The notes below the pieces were generated by a model. It did no database searches. It was not told the origin of the DNA and worked only from the letters and a program-made list of their open reading frames with translations. A stretch of DNA of 64,000 nucleotides from a virus: the IMG/VR virus record IMGVR_UViG_3300028800_000003, positions 32,001 through 96,000 of that record; one strand, given 5' to 3'. A program made the translations under genes and the position numbers. Shown in pieces: positions 25,191 to 39,953 of this stretch (position 1 is its first letter; every line of letters starts with the position of its first letter).

Positions 25191-25892
25191 ATGCTGCACG
25201 ATCCTATCGTCGACGTGACTCACACGGTCTATTGCGGGCCGAAAGCGATTGCAATTCTGACCGGCGTTCCGGTGTCACGCATAGAGAAGATGTTGCGGCG
25301 CTGCCGTTCCGACAAGGGACGCGATAGCCGCGGCAGAAAGATACCGATCCGCGGCACATATAGTAGCCAAGTAGTCAAGGTCTTGCGCCGGCTCGGATGC
25401 AAGGTGGAGGAGATAAGTCACTGCGAGCCGACGTTGGGCCGCTTCATCACCGACACCAATACATTCAAGGCGCCATGTCTGGTGATGACGCGGAATCATT
25501 TCACGGTGACATTCGATGGCAAGTGTTACGATCACTACGCCGGCAAGCCGACGGTGCGCGTGGTGAGAGGATGGCGAGTAGAAGCCCCGGCGACGCCGAA
25601 ATTCACCTGCGGAGCACCGGCACCAGCGAGGAAGCCTAAGCCCGCGCGTGATCTGCGGGCCGAGCGCCACGCCAAGGTGATGGCCAGGATCAAGAGACTG
25701 GAGACCAAGATTAAGCGCGCCACCACGGCGCTGAAAAAGGCCCAACGACAGGCGCGCTACTATCAGCGCGTCAGTCGCAGCCCCGACCAATCAGACCGTA
25801 GTCAACCTCGCTCGGATCGGAATACACCTCCCAGTGCCGCCATCCTTTCGGGCACCAGAATCCCCAGTCACGAGTCTTCGGTCCCAGCATGA
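25191..25892 (+). CDS. Hypothetical protein (N-terminal YCGP.AIA..TG and a His, papain-like fold possible; C-terminal coiled coil)
   Basis: AAAGGAG RBS; YCGPKAIAILTG...TRNHFTV. Confidence 0.55.
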   Translation: MLHDPIVDVTHTVYCGPKAIAILTGVPVSRIEKMLRRCRSDKGRDSRGRKIPIRGTYSSQVVKVLRRLGCKVEEISHCEPTLGRFITDTNTFKAPCLVMTRNHFTVTFDGKCYDHYAGKPTVRVVRGWRVEAPATPKFTCGAPAPARKPKPARDLRAERHAKVMARIKRLETKIKRATTALKKAQRQARYYQRVSRSPDQSDRSQPRSDRNTPPSAAILSGTRIPSHESSVPA

Positions 25893-26289
25893 ACAGCGTG
25901 AGCGCTGTCGGCGTCACCAGCTCGATGCGATGCGAGAATTTGGCCGATCGGAAGACGACATCACCGGCGCGGATCATCCGCACGCTGTGTTGCTCCTTGT
26001 CGCGCGGATCGAAGCCGTTCTGCGCATAGACCTCGCGGTAGACGCCGTCGAGAATCAGCGACATCGAGGCTCGCGGATGATCGTGCAAGGCGCGATCATC
26101 GTCGTCATTCTTGAACAGATGGATATAGGCGTTGGGCAATAGCTTCGCCCGCGGCATCGTGATCCAACGCAGCATGTAGGGAGCTTCGCGTGGCCCGATG
26201 ATGTTGTCAGGCTCACGCGATTCGATGACACGCATGGCGCGCTTGCGGATTGGATCGAACACCGCCTTCGGCAGATGAACGATCGGCAT
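25771..26289 (-). CDS. Cupin-like conserved phage protein
   Basis: PYMLRW...YIHLF...DDDRALHDHP...GVYREV...HRIEL...DWGFW. Confidence 0.7.
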   Translation of the reverse strand: MPIVHLPKAVFDPIRKRAMRVIESREPDNIIGPREAPYMLRWITMPRAKLLPNAYIHLFKNDDDDRALHDHPRASMSLILDGVYREVYAQNGFDPRDKEQHSVRMIRAGDVVFRSAKFSHRIELVTPTALTLFMLGPKTRDWGFWCPKGWRHWEVYSDPSEVDYGLIGRGCD

Positions 26290-26795
26290 CAGGCGGCCTC
26301 CAGATAGTCGGCCGCAACACGTAGGATAGACGGATCGTCCTTGGCGTGACCGAGAATGGCATTACAGTTATGGCAAAGCAAACCGCGCACAGCCTTTGTC
26401 TTGTGGCAGTGATCAACGAAAAGACTGATGTGCTTTGAATTACCGATAGGCGATGGACAGATGGCGCAGTGGCCGCCCTGCTTTTTCAAAAGCGCCTGAT
26501 AGTCTTCGATGGTGAGGCCGTATCTCGCCAAATTACCCGACCGGACAAGCGCCGGATTGGCGGCATACCGCTTGCGCATGTATGAGGCATGCTGAGCCAG
26601 TTGTTCTGGCGTTCGCTTCGCCTTCTTCACCGCAGGATTGCGCTCGACGTATGAACGTCGACACTCGCGCGAACATTCGACGCACTGGCGACTTTGAACG
26701 AAGCGAGCTGCAAGATGGCCTTGTAGGCATGGCCGCCCCGTGCAGTATTGCTTCAAGCCGCGTGACAATGCGTCCTTGCGGGACACAACATTCAT
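26289..26795 (-). CDS. Endonuclease VII-family HNH protein
   Basis: RYGLTIEDY...QGGHCAIC...VDHCHKT..VRGLLCHNCNAILG. Confidence 0.85.
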   Translation of the reverse strand: MNVVSRKDALSRGLKQYCTGRPCLQGHLAARFVQSRQCVECSRECRRSYVERNPAVKKAKRTPEQLAQHASYMRKRYAANPALVRSGNLARYGLTIEDYQALLKKQGGHCAICPSPIGNSKHISLFVDHCHKTKAVRGLLCHNCNAILGHAKDDPSILRVAADYLEAA

Positions 26796-26796
26796 C

Positions 26797-28128
26797 CTAC
26801 GCTGCCTCTTTGAACTCGGTGGCTTTGCGGGCCGCCGACGGGATGTTGATGCGGAGACGGCCAATCTCCCCTTCCTCGCGGTGAATTGTGATCGATGAAA
26901 GCGATTTTCCAGATGTGTAGCCAGACGCCTCGTGATGCGCGTCATTGGCCGCGAGCGTCTGGAACGACTCGACCCGCACGTCACCGATCTCCTTTACGGA
27001 CTCGTGGTGAATGTGCCCGAAATAGAAATAGTGATAGGCAGTGGAGCCCCAATCTTCGCGAGCACGCACCGCCATCGCCATCGCCATATCCTGCGGTTTG
27101 CAGCGGTAGCCATGCGTGGCGCCGATCAGTGTGTTGCCGAACCGATGGAAAAAGAATTCGGACGGCGAGCCCCACACCTTGACGCGCGGATTGTTGGCGT
27201 AGGCTTCGATCAGCGCGACATCGAGGGCGATGCTGGAATGCGGGTCGTGGTTGCCGGGAATGTTCACGACCAGCACGTCATGATGCTTCTGGAGCGCCAG
27301 ATCGACGATGTTCTTCATCAACTGGACGCCGGCCACCAAAATCTTTCGATAGCGGCTATCGACATCGAGCTTATTCTTGTGGCCTGGAGTGAGGTTGGTG
27401 CTGTCGTCTGTGTGCTGCCAGTCGCCGAGGTTGAGAACGATGGCCTGACGGCTATGTGGAGCCTGGGAGACCATACGGCTGGCGCACGCCATGAGGCGCT
27501 GTTTGCCGATCTCCAGGTCGTAGGGTTCGCCAGTTTCCTTGCCCCAAGCGAGCAAGCCATTGTGCTGGTCGGCAATCGGGTACACCGAGAGCAGGTCAAC
27601 ATCAGTCAGGTGTGGCGGATGGATTAATGGAACCGGGGCGATTTCGTCCTTAAAGACCTCCTTGATGGCCTCTACCAGGAAACGATTCTCATCGTCCTTG
27701 GTCCGAATCCAGGCCTGTTTGAGAATGCCCTCCGGCGTGATGTGGTAGGTGCCCTTGCCGAGCACCTTGCCCTTGGGCATCTCGAAGACAACGCCCTCGC
27801 CTTCGTCCGGCGAATTGATCTGGGATACCGTTTGCGCCGTGACGTTGCCGCTGCCGTCGGTCGTGGTCGAGGTCTTGTTGATGACGAAGCCGGGCAGCAC
27901 CGGTTTGAAGCCAAGCAGTCCGCGTTCGGCCGCGGCGTACAGTCGGCGCCGGAAGCTGGTCTTGGCCATGTTGTTGAGGGAGCGGGCAGCCGCGGCCTTG
28001 TTCTGGCCGTTTGCCTCGTAAGCGGCGGCGACGGCTTTAAGGTCGTCGTCGGAAAAGGATTCACCTTGCAATGGCTTAACTCCGTGGGGGCAGATAGGGG
28101 TCGCGGGTATTTTCTGTTTGACCCGCAC
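26797..28128 (-). CDS. Calcineurin-like metallophosphoesterase with N-terminal HTH
   Basis: DQHNG, LGDWQH, GNHD, THG, GHIHH; NKAAAARSL HTH. Confidence 0.8.
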   Translation of the reverse strand: MRVKQKIPATPICPHGVKPLQGESFSDDDLKAVAAAYEANGQNKAAAARSLNNMAKTSFRRRLYAAAERGLLGFKPVLPGFVINKTSTTTDGSGNVTAQTVSQINSPDEGEGVVFEMPKGKVLGKGTYHITPEGILKQAWIRTKDDENRFLVEAIKEVFKDEIAPVPLIHPPHLTDVDLLSVYPIADQHNGLLAWGKETGEPYDLEIGKQRLMACASRMVSQAPHSRQAIVLNLGDWQHTDDSTNLTPGHKNKLDVDSRYRKILVAGVQLMKNIVDLALQKHHDVLVVNIPGNHDPHSSIALDVALIEAYANNPRVKVWGSPSEFFFHRFGNTLIGATHGYRCKPQDMAMAMAVRAREDWGSTAYHYFYFGHIHHESVKEIGDVRVESFQTLAANDAHHEASGYTSGKSLSSITIHREEGEIGRLRINIPSAARKATEFKEAA

Positions 28129-28162
28129 ATAACCGCATGATAGCCGTTCCCGTCAAGCGATT

Positions 28163-28510
28163 TTAATTCAGGGTGTCATCCTTTCTGACGCGGTGGATCA
28201 GCTCGCCGAATAGCTGCTGGATCGACACCGTCATCTGGCTCATTTCCTTGCTGATCTGAGCCATGATCTGGTTGAGAGATTCGGTGAGGCGCTTCTCGAC
28301 CTCCTGCACCGCTTTGATGGTGGCATAGCTTTGCGCCACCTCGATGCGGTGATCTTGAATTGAGGAACGCAGTTCGTTGATGGCGGTGGCCTGCTGGCTC
28401 TGTTGGCGGATCACATAGCCAACGATGGCGAGAGCGATCATGCCGCCAACGCCAATGAGCGAGCCGAATTCAGTCCAGGTGACGGAGGAGGGGTCAAGCA
28501 TCTTGGTCAT
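28163..28510 (-). CDS. Membrane/coiled-coil protein, possible holin-type lysis protein
   Basis: Single TM segment then coiled coil; directly downstream of the endolysin. Confidence 0.5.
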   Translation of the reverse strand: MTKMLDPSSVTWTEFGSLIGVGGMIALAIVGYVIRQQSQQATAINELRSSIQDHRIEVAQSYATIKAVQEVEKRLTESLNQIMAQISKEMSQMTVSIQQLFGELIHRVRKDDTLN

Positions 28511-28606
28511 CCAAACAAATAAAAAAATTGATCGTTGGCGGCGCCCGTTGCCAGGCTGCCGCCGACGACCGTCCCCGCGGCGGATCACGCCACGCAAATT
28601 AAAAGA

Positions 28607-29485
28607 TTACGCTGCCAGTCCGTAGCGCGGCTTGTAGGAATCAAGCCGCGGCACCAAGGTCTCGCCTCCTGATGGCGCTTCCTGTTTGGCACTGAAATTC
28701 GCCTGATAGCGACGACGCGCGCTGTAGACACAGAATCCGATTGCACCGGCTGCGACCACGCCGGCAGCAACAGCCGCAATGGGCGACACCCCGCCGTGAA
28801 CCGAAATGGCGTCTGCCGTAGCGACCAGAATACCTGAGCCGATGGCACCGTCATGACCAGGAGGCGGAAGGATGCCCTTGCCGCGAGGTGCGGCCGCGGT
28901 CGGCGGCGTAAAGGCACGGAACGGCATCGTAGGCACAGGCGCATTGCGCTTGGCGGCCCCAGCCAATTCCAGCGAGAACGATCGCACCTCCTTGACGCGC
29001 GTTGTCCAACCGGCGCCGAATTCGCGCCAGGTGTTGAGACCGCGCAGGAAATGGATGCGCTCGTTGTTGATGGCGTTGACCATCTGGAACGGATCGCGCT
29101 TGGCCAGCGCATCGAGCACGTCTGGCGTAATGCGCCAGGTGTCGTCTGTCATGCCAAGGACGCGCCGCAAGGTCTTGCCAGAACGTCCGATGCCGCTGTT
29201 GAGTCCATAATCAAACACGGTGTCGTCGACACCTGCCGGCAACGCATCGCAATCGAGAATGTCCCAGTATTTGAACTTGATCACTTTCTCCGCAAACGCC
29301 ATCGGCATCGCGCGCATATCATGCACGCTCGGATTGGCAACCCAGCCGAGTTCCTTACCATAGCGTCGCGCATCGGCGATCGTGATGCCGTAGTTGGTAG
29401 GGCCGCCCGGATCGCGAGGGTTGTTGGTGAAGCCGCCTTCGTGAACAAGCGCGCGGGATTCGCACGCGGCGTAATCATTCAGCAT
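28607..29485 (-). CDS. Endolysin, glycoside hydrolase family 108 with PG-binding domain and C-terminal hydrophobic segment
   Basis: HEGGFTNNPRDPGGPTNYGIT...YWD...LPAGVD..VFD...NSG...FGAGWTTRV. Confidence 0.9.
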   Translation of the reverse strand: MLNDYAACESRALVHEGGFTNNPRDPGGPTNYGITIADARRYGKELGWVANPSVHDMRAMPMAFAEKVIKFKYWDILDCDALPAGVDDTVFDYGLNSGIGRSGKTLRRVLGMTDDTWRITPDVLDALAKRDPFQMVNAINNERIHFLRGLNTWREFGAGWTTRVKEVRSFSLELAGAAKRNAPVPTMPFRAFTPPTAAAPRGKGILPPPGHDGAIGSGILVATADAISVHGGVSPIAAVAAGVVAAGAIGFCVYSARRRYQANFSAKQEAPSGGETLVPRLDSYKPRYGLAA

Positions 29486-29536
29486 GACAAAGGTCCCTTC
29501 GACAATACGGGTATTGCGCGGTTAACGCGCGAATGG

Positions 29537-30658
29537 TCAAGCGGCCATTGGATAGTTCCGCTTCAACCAGTCGAGATCGGTTCGATCAGATCGCGGGGTG
29601 TACCAGCGCTTTCCGGTCTGAGCATCAGCCACGGATTGGAAATACTCCTCGTACATCGCGCCAACGCGCTCCAAGGAGAAATTCGACGCCGCCCAGTCGC
29701 GACAAGCGCGCCGATCAATCTTATGGATGTTCTGCGCCGCCCAGACGAATTGCTCGAATGTTCGACACCGATAGCCGGTCACGCCATGCAACACGTTCTC
29801 GGCGAATGCGCCCCAATCGGTGGTGATCACCGGAGTTCCAGACAGCATCGCCTCGACCGAAACGCCGCAGAACGGCTCGACGAACATCGACGGCGTCAAC
29901 ACGGCGCGCGCGTTCGATAGAATCTCGCGGCGCTTCTCGACGCCAACGAATCCGACCAATTGCGCCGGCGCATGGGCATTGTTCACTGTGCCAGGTCCAG
30001 CCATGACCAGTGGCAACCCGACTTCCTTGGCGATCTGCATGGCGATGTAGTCGCCCTTGCCTTCGCCGCCGATCGAACGCACGCCGAGGAACGCAAGGTA
30101 TCCGCCTGGATTATCGTTGAAGGTGAAATCGGCGAGGTCGTAATAGTTCGGGATCACCGCATCGTACCACCAGGCATTCCCTTGCGCGGTGCCAACGCCC
30201 TGCGTGCCGCGATAGGCGTGCAGCAGCGCGTAGGACTCAAACACCTTGTAGGGCGCAAAGTATCCGCCCGGATAGCCGATGCCGGACTCGACCACGATCA
30301 GGCCTGGACACTCATCAGCAATCGACTTGTGCGAGGCCCAGGCGCACAACAAGAAATCGCCCGGCTGTTTTCGCGCGTTGATTGCCTCGACGGTGTTGTG
30401 GTGAAAATTGCCATAGACGGCGCTGTTCACGTCGAACTTGCCGGAGGTCTCCGGTGGCCCGATGTCGGCCGCATCAGTCACCGTGACATGCTCGGTGCAG
30501 ACCACATCCGATAGCTCATTGCCATAATGGATGACCTTGTGGCCACGCTCGGTCAACATCTTGCAAAGGTTGAGAACCTTCTGGGTGAATGCGCAGCACA
30601 GATAGTCCTTGTTGGTCGCGGTGTGCGGAATTCCTGGAATGTGAAACGTAAAAGACAT
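29537..30658 (-). CDS. GT-B (GT4-like) glycosyltransferase
   Basis: KG...A; PSMFVEPFCGVSVEAMLSGTPVITTDWGAFAENVLHGVTGY (ExxxxxxxE motif). Confidence 0.85.
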   Translation of the reverse strand: MSFTFHIPGIPHTATNKDYLCCAFTQKVLNLCKMLTERGHKVIHYGNELSDVVCTEHVTVTDAADIGPPETSGKFDVNSAVYGNFHHNTVEAINARKQPGDFLLCAWASHKSIADECPGLIVVESGIGYPGGYFAPYKVFESYALLHAYRGTQGVGTAQGNAWWYDAVIPNYYDLADFTFNDNPGGYLAFLGVRSIGGEGKGDYIAMQIAKEVGLPLVMAGPGTVNNAHAPAQLVGFVGVEKRREILSNARAVLTPSMFVEPFCGVSVEAMLSGTPVITTDWGAFAENVLHGVTGYRCRTFEQFVWAAQNIHKIDRRACRDWAASNFSLERVGAMYEEYFQSVADAQTGKRWYTPRSDRTDLDWLKRNYPMAA

Positions 30659-30681
30659 GACCTCGAAATTACTCCTGAAAA

Positions 30682-30708
30682 ATAAAAGGCTGCCCGAAGG
30701 GCAGCCAG
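30682..30708 (-). terminator. Hairpin plus U-tract upstream of the glycosyltransferase
   Basis: GGCTGCCCTTCGGGCAGCC followed by TTTTATTTTT on the minus strand. Confidence 0.55.
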
Positions 30709-30736
30709 ACGTTTTGCAAAAAGAAGAACGTCGTCA

Positions 30737-35632
<4,896 letters not shown>

Positions 35633-35695
35633 AAAATTTGGATCGCTTTGAAAAAATCAGGTTCTGAAAATCAGAGGTGCAAACGAACGATAAGA

Positions 35696-36334
35696 TCAGG
35701 GGGTGGTTACACCTCCCAGAACAGTCAACGTTGCAGGCCCTTGCGGGAATAGATTGATCGTGTGGCCGTCGGCCTCGGCCACGATGTCCATGACGTATAT
35801 GCCTGGTGTGAGCGCGGAATTCTTCAACGTCGATTGCGTCACATTGAACGCCAGAACGCCAGTCGCACCGCCATTGGTGAAAGACTGATCGGCGGTCTGC
35901 GCGGAGATGAACACCTGCGTTCCAATGACTCCGTTGGTCGATTGGCGCACCTGACAGATGAAATCGATCCCGGTGATGTCGAGGGGCGGTGGCGAGAAAG
36001 TCAAGGTCGCCTCGGCATCGGTCTCGGTCGCATTGAGCGCGGAGCCGGATGCGTTCACCATGTTGAATTGCGTTGCAGAGGTAATGGCGCCGACAAACGC
36101 ACCGGAAGGAATCCCGGCCGCGCCGGCTATCGTCTGTCCAGGCACGAGGCCTGCCGTCGAGGATACGGCGACAGCATTCTGCCCTGACGTGATCGAGCAA
36201 CCCGACAACGTGACCGGCACATTGGGATAGCCGGACTGGGTAAACTCGATTGTGTCGAGCCAATCGCTATTCAGCACAATCGTGAATGTGCTGGTTGCCG
36301 AGAATTTCGGCAGCAACAGGATATTGGTGGTCAT
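35696..36334 (-). CDS. Virion structural protein (fibre-associated, BppU-like possible)
   Basis: PLDITG..F..QVR...PGIYVMDI; position among fibre genes. Confidence 0.55.
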   Translation of the reverse strand: MTTNILLLPKFSATSTFTIVLNSDWLDTIEFTQSGYPNVPVTLSGCSITSGQNAVAVSSTAGLVPGQTIAGAAGIPSGAFVGAITSATQFNMVNASGSALNATETDAEATLTFSPPPLDITGIDFICQVRQSTNGVIGTQVFISAQTADQSFTNGGATGVLAFNVTQSTLKNSALTPGIYVMDIVAEADGHTINLFPQGPATLTVLGGVTTP

Positions 36335-36912
36335 GAATTCACCGGCCAAGCGGGAATGGGAGACGGCGGCGTGTCGACCTGCGCTTGAGTCGCAATGGTC
36401 TTGGCGTCGATCGCCTTGTTGACCGCGGCAAATGTTGCGGTGGCGCCCTGCACGAAGGTGAACAGGCCCGCGAACAACACAACGACCTGGGCCGAGGTCA
36501 GAGCAAGGCTATCGCCCTGACCATCCACCCATGAATAGCTGCCGTTCGGCGTGCCCTGCGCCATCATCGCCATCGCCATCAGATGAACGAGATTCTGCGT
36601 GTCGGTCTTGACCTTAACGAAAATCGGGGCTTGCGCCGTGCCCACATTCACGGACACCCCGCCATCGACCAGCATCTTATGCTTGATCGCCGCGTAGGCT
36701 TTCAAATCGCCCGCTTCGGTCAGCACCGGCGCCGCATAGCGACGATGGTCGCGCTTGCCTTTGGCAGGAGCATCGCCATGACGCGACAGATGCGACATGG
36801 ATTTGATCGGCACGACGCTGACGTTTGCGCCATAGGCCGATGCCGGAATGTTCTGGCTAGAGTCGTGCGTGGCCACCACCACGCCGTTGGCGCAGTATGC
36901 AAGCATGGTCAT
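36331..36912 (-). CDS. DUF4376-like tail fibre assembly protein
   Basis: LKAYAA...GGV...TD...W...LT.AQ...FVQ.......I.T.AQVD...WP. Confidence 0.6.
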   Translation of the reverse strand: MTMLAYCANGVVVATHDSSQNIPASAYGANVSVVPIKSMSHLSRHGDAPAKGKRDHRRYAAPVLTEAGDLKAYAAIKHKMLVDGGVSVNVGTAQAPIFVKVKTDTQNLVHLMAMAMMAQGTPNGSYSWVDGQGDSLALTSAQVVVLFAGLFTFVQGATATFAAVNKAIDAKTIATQAQVDTPPSPIPAWPVNS

Positions 36913-36923
36913 TGCTGAAAACC

Positions 36924-39257
36924 TTAGTTGATGATGATGGCGTTGTTGTTGCCGACGGTATTCACGCCGGGGCTGGAGTAGCCGGACACGTTGGAAACGC
37001 CGGTGAGGTTTACGGTAGAACCGTTCTCAGACAAAACGTTGCCGTCGCCGTTGTTGGTGCTGAGCTGAACATTCGTTCCGCCGTTGACGCCGGCTGTGTC
37101 GAAGGCGGCAATACCCCAGTGTGAGTTTCCGGCGATCGTGACCGCGTTGTCCAAAAGCGCCAACTGCGAATTCTGAACGTAGAAACCGGCGTCGTCGTTG
37201 TAGGAGAATGAGCCGCCGATGATTGCGGCATTGGACCCGTTCTCGACCAGCATTCCACTGCCGCCATTATACATCGAGTAGATGTTGACAGTTCCAACGT
37301 CACCGCCAAAGCCGGCCTGCTGAACGATGATTCCGTTGTCATCATTGCTGTACGAACAAATTTCGATGTTCTGTCCGACCAGCCCCTGAACGATGAACGA
37401 TCCCCACGCGGCACCGATACCGGGACCAATGCACCCTGTCGCGCTGACGAAACCCTGGAATGCCATCAGGCCGCCGTTGGTGGCGATGCCATATCCGCCG
37501 CAGCCATGCGCAGAGACGTTGCTCAATGTGATATTTTCAAGAGCAAAGCACAGCGCAACGTATTCTTCGTTGGCGCCACGGTCTCCGACCAGCAAGATAT
37601 TATAAAGACCCCAGCCTGGTGACTGAAAATTGAGTCCGCCGCTTGCCGTGAAATCAAGTTCAGTGTCGTAACAGTTGCGCAATGCCGTCAGGTCGGCGGT
37701 ACGATCTGTTGCTTTGTTGCCGGTCGTTGAAAAGATCGAGTGGCTTGGGCTCGATTTCATGCCAGCGCCGAAGATGCCGATGCGATCGGAGTTCGGATGC
37801 GACAGAGCGATCTGCGACGATCCTGCTGAAATTTGACCGGAAGCGAGGTTCAAGCTCACGTATCCATTCGGCGTGATGCGGAACTTGCCGAGATATTCCA
37901 TTGCCACAGCAAGGCTGGAAAAGTTCGCGCCCTCACCGTACACCGAATATGAGACGCTGGAGTCGATAACAAATCCGTTGAACAACTGGAATGCGGAACC
38001 GTTGTATACCAGGAATGCGATCTGTCCGGCCGACAACATTCCGGCGGCCAGCGGCAAGCCGCTGCAATCAACGATTGGAACCGCAGCCAACGAATTTACG
38101 GCAATCGTCGAAGCACCGGTGTTGTTAGCGGCGATCTTGACCTCAACCGTAGTGCCGGCTGGCAGCGACGTGATTGCTGGCGTAAATGAAGCGACGACGG
38201 TATTGGCCGTGCCAGTGTCCTGCGCATACGGGATGTCGATCGTGTAGGTGTTGTTGTTGGTCGTTGACGAGGTAAAGCCCTCGAAGTTCTCAACCTGGAA
38301 CGCCGAGCCGTCATAGACCAGCGACACAACCATGCCGGCGTTGATGTCGCCCGAGGAAAGCTGAGCGCCGTTGGCGCGATGCACGGCGACGGTGCCGAGG
38401 TTGTTGACGTTTATCGTGGTGACATCGGTGTTGGTGTGGTTCACCTTCACCGAGAGCCGCATGCCCGGCTCGTATTGCGCCGGTGTCGGCGCAACCGTAA
38501 CAACCATGTTGTTGACGGTTCCGGTGTCGACCGCATACGTCCAGGTCTGATTCTGAACACCAGTCGGGATCAGCGGCAGCTTGCCGTTGGTGGCGAGAAA
38601 CGGCGCCAAATAGTAGGGCAAGATATTGCCGGCCGTGATCGAGGTCGCGCCGTTGGCCACCGTGATCGTGAACAGACCGGTCCAGCCCGCATCCGGCGAC
38701 GGCGCCAATTGCGTGCCGGTCGTGGCCGCGATACCGGCCTTGATCTGATAGGCGACGCCGCCATAGCGCACGGTGTTCTGTGCGGTGCCGGCATTGGCGG
38801 GGCCGGAGAAGGGATCGGATGGATCGGCCGCATCGAAATACGGCAGCACTGTCGCGCCGCCGTCCATGTCCTGATACTGGACCTCGACAAGGAAGACCTG
38901 GCTGTAACCGGTCGTGCCTGGAGGCGTGATGCCCATCGTGACCGACTGGCCGACGCCTGCCGCGGTGCCGTTGGCGACGAACTGGATGCCCTGTTTCAGA
39001 ATCGAGGTCGCAGTATTCGCCGGAAGCGAAGACCAGATCGATTGCTCCAGGTTTTCCAACTGATAGATGTTGCCGGGCGTCAGGATGATGTTGAGCGATC
39101 CCGGTACGGTCGGAGTCACCGTGAAACCGTCGACAAGCGTCGGCGTGCCCAGGATCGTTTGCGACAGCTCGGCAAGAGCCACCATCGCGTTTTGCTGGGC
39201 TTGCAGCAGGTCTGTTTCGAGCGGAGTCTGACCCGCGTAAATGGTTTTGCGATCCAT
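36924..39257 (-). CDS. Tail fibre/tailspike with C-terminal beta-helix repeats
   Basis: MDRKTIY.GQ.PLETDLL baseplate-anchoring N-terminus; YAVDTGTVN repeats; N..GI beta-helix repeats. Confidence 0.75.
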   Translation of the reverse strand: MDRKTIYAGQTPLETDLLQAQQNAMVALAELSQTILGTPTLVDGFTVTPTVPGSLNIILTPGNIYQLENLEQSIWSSLPANTATSILKQGIQFVANGTAAGVGQSVTMGITPPGTTGYSQVFLVEVQYQDMDGGATVLPYFDAADPSDPFSGPANAGTAQNTVRYGGVAYQIKAGIAATTGTQLAPSPDAGWTGLFTITVANGATSITAGNILPYYLAPFLATNGKLPLIPTGVQNQTWTYAVDTGTVNNMVVTVAPTPAQYEPGMRLSVKVNHTNTDVTTINVNNLGTVAVHRANGAQLSSGDINAGMVVSLVYDGSAFQVENFEGFTSSTTNNNTYTIDIPYAQDTGTANTVVASFTPAITSLPAGTTVEVKIAANNTGASTIAVNSLAAVPIVDCSGLPLAAGMLSAGQIAFLVYNGSAFQLFNGFVIDSSVSYSVYGEGANFSSLAVAMEYLGKFRITPNGYVSLNLASGQISAGSSQIALSHPNSDRIGIFGAGMKSSPSHSIFSTTGNKATDRTADLTALRNCYDTELDFTASGGLNFQSPGWGLYNILLVGDRGANEEYVALCFALENITLSNVSAHGCGGYGIATNGGLMAFQGFVSATGCIGPGIGAAWGSFIVQGLVGQNIEICSYSNDDNGIIVQQAGFGGDVGTVNIYSMYNGGSGMLVENGSNAAIIGGSFSYNDDAGFYVQNSQLALLDNAVTIAGNSHWGIAAFDTAGVNGGTNVQLSTNNGDGNVLSENGSTVNLTGVSNVSGYSSPGVNTVGNNNAIIIN

Positions 39258-39326
39258 CGCGTCCTCGGAAAATAAAAAAGGCGCCACGCGGCGCCGGAAA
39301 ATTCAGGCTGGAATCTGAAACTTGGA

Positions 39327-39938
39327 TTAGACGATCAGACTGGCGCCGATCGACGCGCTGAATGACGGCGATGTGCCGCCGATCACTATCGAAATGCGCC
39401 AGGTGCGCGGCAGCGGCGCATTGGCAGAGATGTTGGCAGTGGCAGGCGCGCCCGGATAAACCGTCAGCAGCGTGAAGCCAGCGGTGGTCAATTCCGCGCT
39501 TTGCAGCAGCGTGTAGTAAGTGCCGGATGCCGGGTCCTTACCCTGGATCGTCACCTGAAACGTCGGCGACGTGCCTGTCGCGGCCGAGATGTTGATGCCG
39601 AGTTGCAGACCGCGGTGATTGTAGTTGGTTTGATCCGGCGAATTTGCGTTGCCGGAAGCATTCGTCACTGTCAGGACCGCCGGCAGATCGACATTGCCGC
39701 GCTTACGATCGAATGTGGTGCCGTTGAACACCATCTCGATAGCTGCCGCGATTGCCGCATTGACGGCGGATAGTGAGTTGGCGTCTGCCGTTTGTGGCTG
39801 CGCGACGGATTGCTTGAGCCCAGATGCCGGATCAGTAACGCAAGTCGAACCGACGCGGTTGCCTTCCGCGTCCAGTGTGGTGCTAAAAGGCACCAGCGTC
39901 CCCTTGCCGTCTTGCGTGTTGTAGGGAGTATCAGCCAT
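39327..39938 (-). CDS. Hypothetical virion protein
   Basis: 203 aa, beta-rich, in the tail module. Confidence 0.55.
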   Translation of the reverse strand: MADTPYNTQDGKGTLVPFSTTLDAEGNRVGSTCVTDPASGLKQSVAQPQTADANSLSAVNAAIAAAIEMVFNGTTFDRKRGNVDLPAVLTVTNASGNANSPDQTNYNHRGLQLGINISAATGTSPTFQVTIQGKDPASGTYYTLLQSAELTTAGFTLLTVYPGAPATANISANAPLPRTWRISIVIGGTSPSFSASIGASLIV

Positions 39939-39953
39939 GAAACAAATCCATGC

